In this document: positions 62,917 through 64,000 of the stretch, piece after piece | Numbering within the stretch: the stretch's first letter is position 1 | How the letters are laid out: each line of letters begins with the position of its first letter | Assembly: GCA_963842945.1 (NCBI GenBank) | Contig: CAWJIM010000019.1 | Coordinates: 192,001 to 256,000, forward strand | Source of the DNA: an uncultured Gemmatimonadales bacterium | GTDB lineage: Bacteria; Gemmatimonadota; Gemmatimonadetes; Gemmatimonadales; GWC2-71-9 | Length of the DNA: 64,000 nucleotides | Direction of reading: 5' to 3' | Position numbers and translations under genes: made by a program | Notes under the pieces: generated by a model | The model's input: only the letters and a program-made list of their open reading frames with translations | The model's database searches: none | What the model was told of the DNA's origin: nothing

Positions 62917-63435
62917 TTACTTTTTCACTGCGACCACGCTCGCTACCGCGCGCCAATGCTCGGAATCCACGGTTTCCAGGGCTTCGCGCCCGTGCAGGAC
63001 CGTTAATGGAGCAACCAAGCGGGCAAGCTCACCGCGCACAGCAGATGCGCGCTCGAGGTCGGGCCCCAGCCCGCCTCACGCTGCGCCTCGAGAAATGTTT
63101 CCATGATGAGCAGGCCGCTGGGCGCGACCAGCTGGAGAATTCGCGGCATGTTGGCCCGGTCAAGATAATTGAATACCAGAACTGCATCAAAAACCCCGAG
63201 CGCCGGCCATTCGCCCTCGAGATCCAGCTCCAGCCATCGCACCGATAACCCGGCTGCGGCGGGCTGGCGTCGCGCCACGGCCAGCGCACCAGGGTCCCGA
63301 TCGATCCCCACCACCTGGCAACCCAGCTCCGTGGCCGCAATACTGTGCCGCCCCTCTCCACAGGCAAGATCAATCACGCGGCTTCCGCGAGAGTATGCGA
63401 TGAGCATGCCAGACAAACCAGGTACTTGGTCGCAT
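62917..63435 (-). CDS. Class I SAM-dependent methyltransferase; frameshifts near 63390 and 63035
   Basis: MRPSTW...; IDLACGEGRH; VFNYLDR; PSGLLIMETF; GELARL...VVAVKK*. Confidence 0.75.
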
Positions 63436-63447
63436 TCGCGGCGATCC

Positions 63448-64000
63448 GTGGAGCGCGCCTCGCTGGAGCAGTTGTCGGCTCAACCGGCGGATCTCCTGGT
63501 TATAGGGGGTGGCATTAACGGGGCGGGGATAGCTCGAGACTCGGCGATGCGAGGACTGCGGACCATACTGGTCGAGCAGAACGATCTCGCATCGGGAACC
63601 AGCTCACGCTCGAGCCGCCTGATTCATGGTGGATTGCGCTATCTGGAACAGGGTGAATTCGGGTTGGTGCTGGAGGCAAACCGGGAGCGCCGGATCCTCC
63701 GGCGCATAGCACCGCATCTGGTTTGGCCTCTGCCCTTTGTGTTTCCGGTCCACGAGGGCGACCGGATTTCCCGTTGGCAGCTCGCGGCCGGTATGCTGCT
63801 CTATGATATCCTGGCACTGTTTCGGAATGTGAGGCCGCATCGGTTGCTGGGCAAGCGTGGCATGCTGGAGGCCGAGCCGATGCTGCGCGACCGGGGCTTG
63901 CTGGGCGGCGCCCGCTACTACGATGCCCAGTGCGACGATGCCAGGTTGGTGATCGCCACGGCCCGCTCGGCCATTCACCACGGGGCGCTGGTCGCCAACT
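63448..64000 (+). CDS. glpD: FAD-dependent glycerol-3-phosphate dehydrogenase/oxidase (3'-truncated)
   Basis: Translated manually: DLLVIGGGINGAGIARD, DLASGTSSRSSRLIHGGLRYLE, APHLV, YYDAQCDDARL. Confidence 0.92.
   Translation, partial: MERASLEQLSAQPADLLVIGGGINGAGIARDSAMRGLRTILVEQNDLASGTSSRSSRLIHGGLRYLEQGEFGLVLEANRERRILRRIAPHLVWPLPFVFPVHEGDRISRWQLAAGMLLYDILALFRNVRPHRLLGKRGMLEAEPMLRDRGLLGGARYYDAQCDDARLVIATARSAIHHGALVAN

Noticed and set aside
1973..63435. About 15 frameshifted genes (dacB, hydrolase, nth, GGDEF, M1, amidohydrolase, three pilins, susC, fadI, methyltransferase and others) as pseudogenes or programmed frameshifts
   Set aside because: Single-base shifts are scattered over unrelated genes with intact motifs and no accumulation of in-frame stops, the pattern of long-read indel error. 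Read-level polishing would decide.

Overview
A high-GC bacterial chromosomal segment. The gene mix (SusC/SusD pair, Ser/Thr kinases including a TolB-like/TPR type, fused E1 alpha/beta, many peptidases) suggests Gemmatimonadota, which is an inference. It carries about 57 mostly housekeeping or catabolic genes: peptide uptake and proteolysis (OPT, S8, M42, two M28, M1, Lon, PfpI), amino-acid and fatty-acid catabolism (acyl-CoA DH, 2-oxoacid DH E1, ProDH, FadIJ, GlpD), DNA repair and topology (PolX-PHP, Nth, topoisomerase IB), signalling, and two tandem type IV minor-pilin cassettes. About 15 genes are split by single-base frameshifts, most likely sequencing or assembly indels. I saw no rRNA, tRNA, CRISPR, transposase or prophage. 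The most interesting signals read from the DNA are: (1) a ~590-bp degenerate array with strict 21-nt periodicity between dacB and the S8 protease; (2) an identical 17-bp sigma54-type promoter before each pilin cassette; (3) a GTAGTA-N8-TACTAC palindrome at both the TrmB-family regulator and the M1 peptidase, suggesting a regulon; (4) several families of 7-9-nt tandem-repeat palindromic elements at gene junctions, some translated into protein termini; (5) a candidate sRNA; (6) catalytically degenerate PolX, GGDEF and receiver domains.
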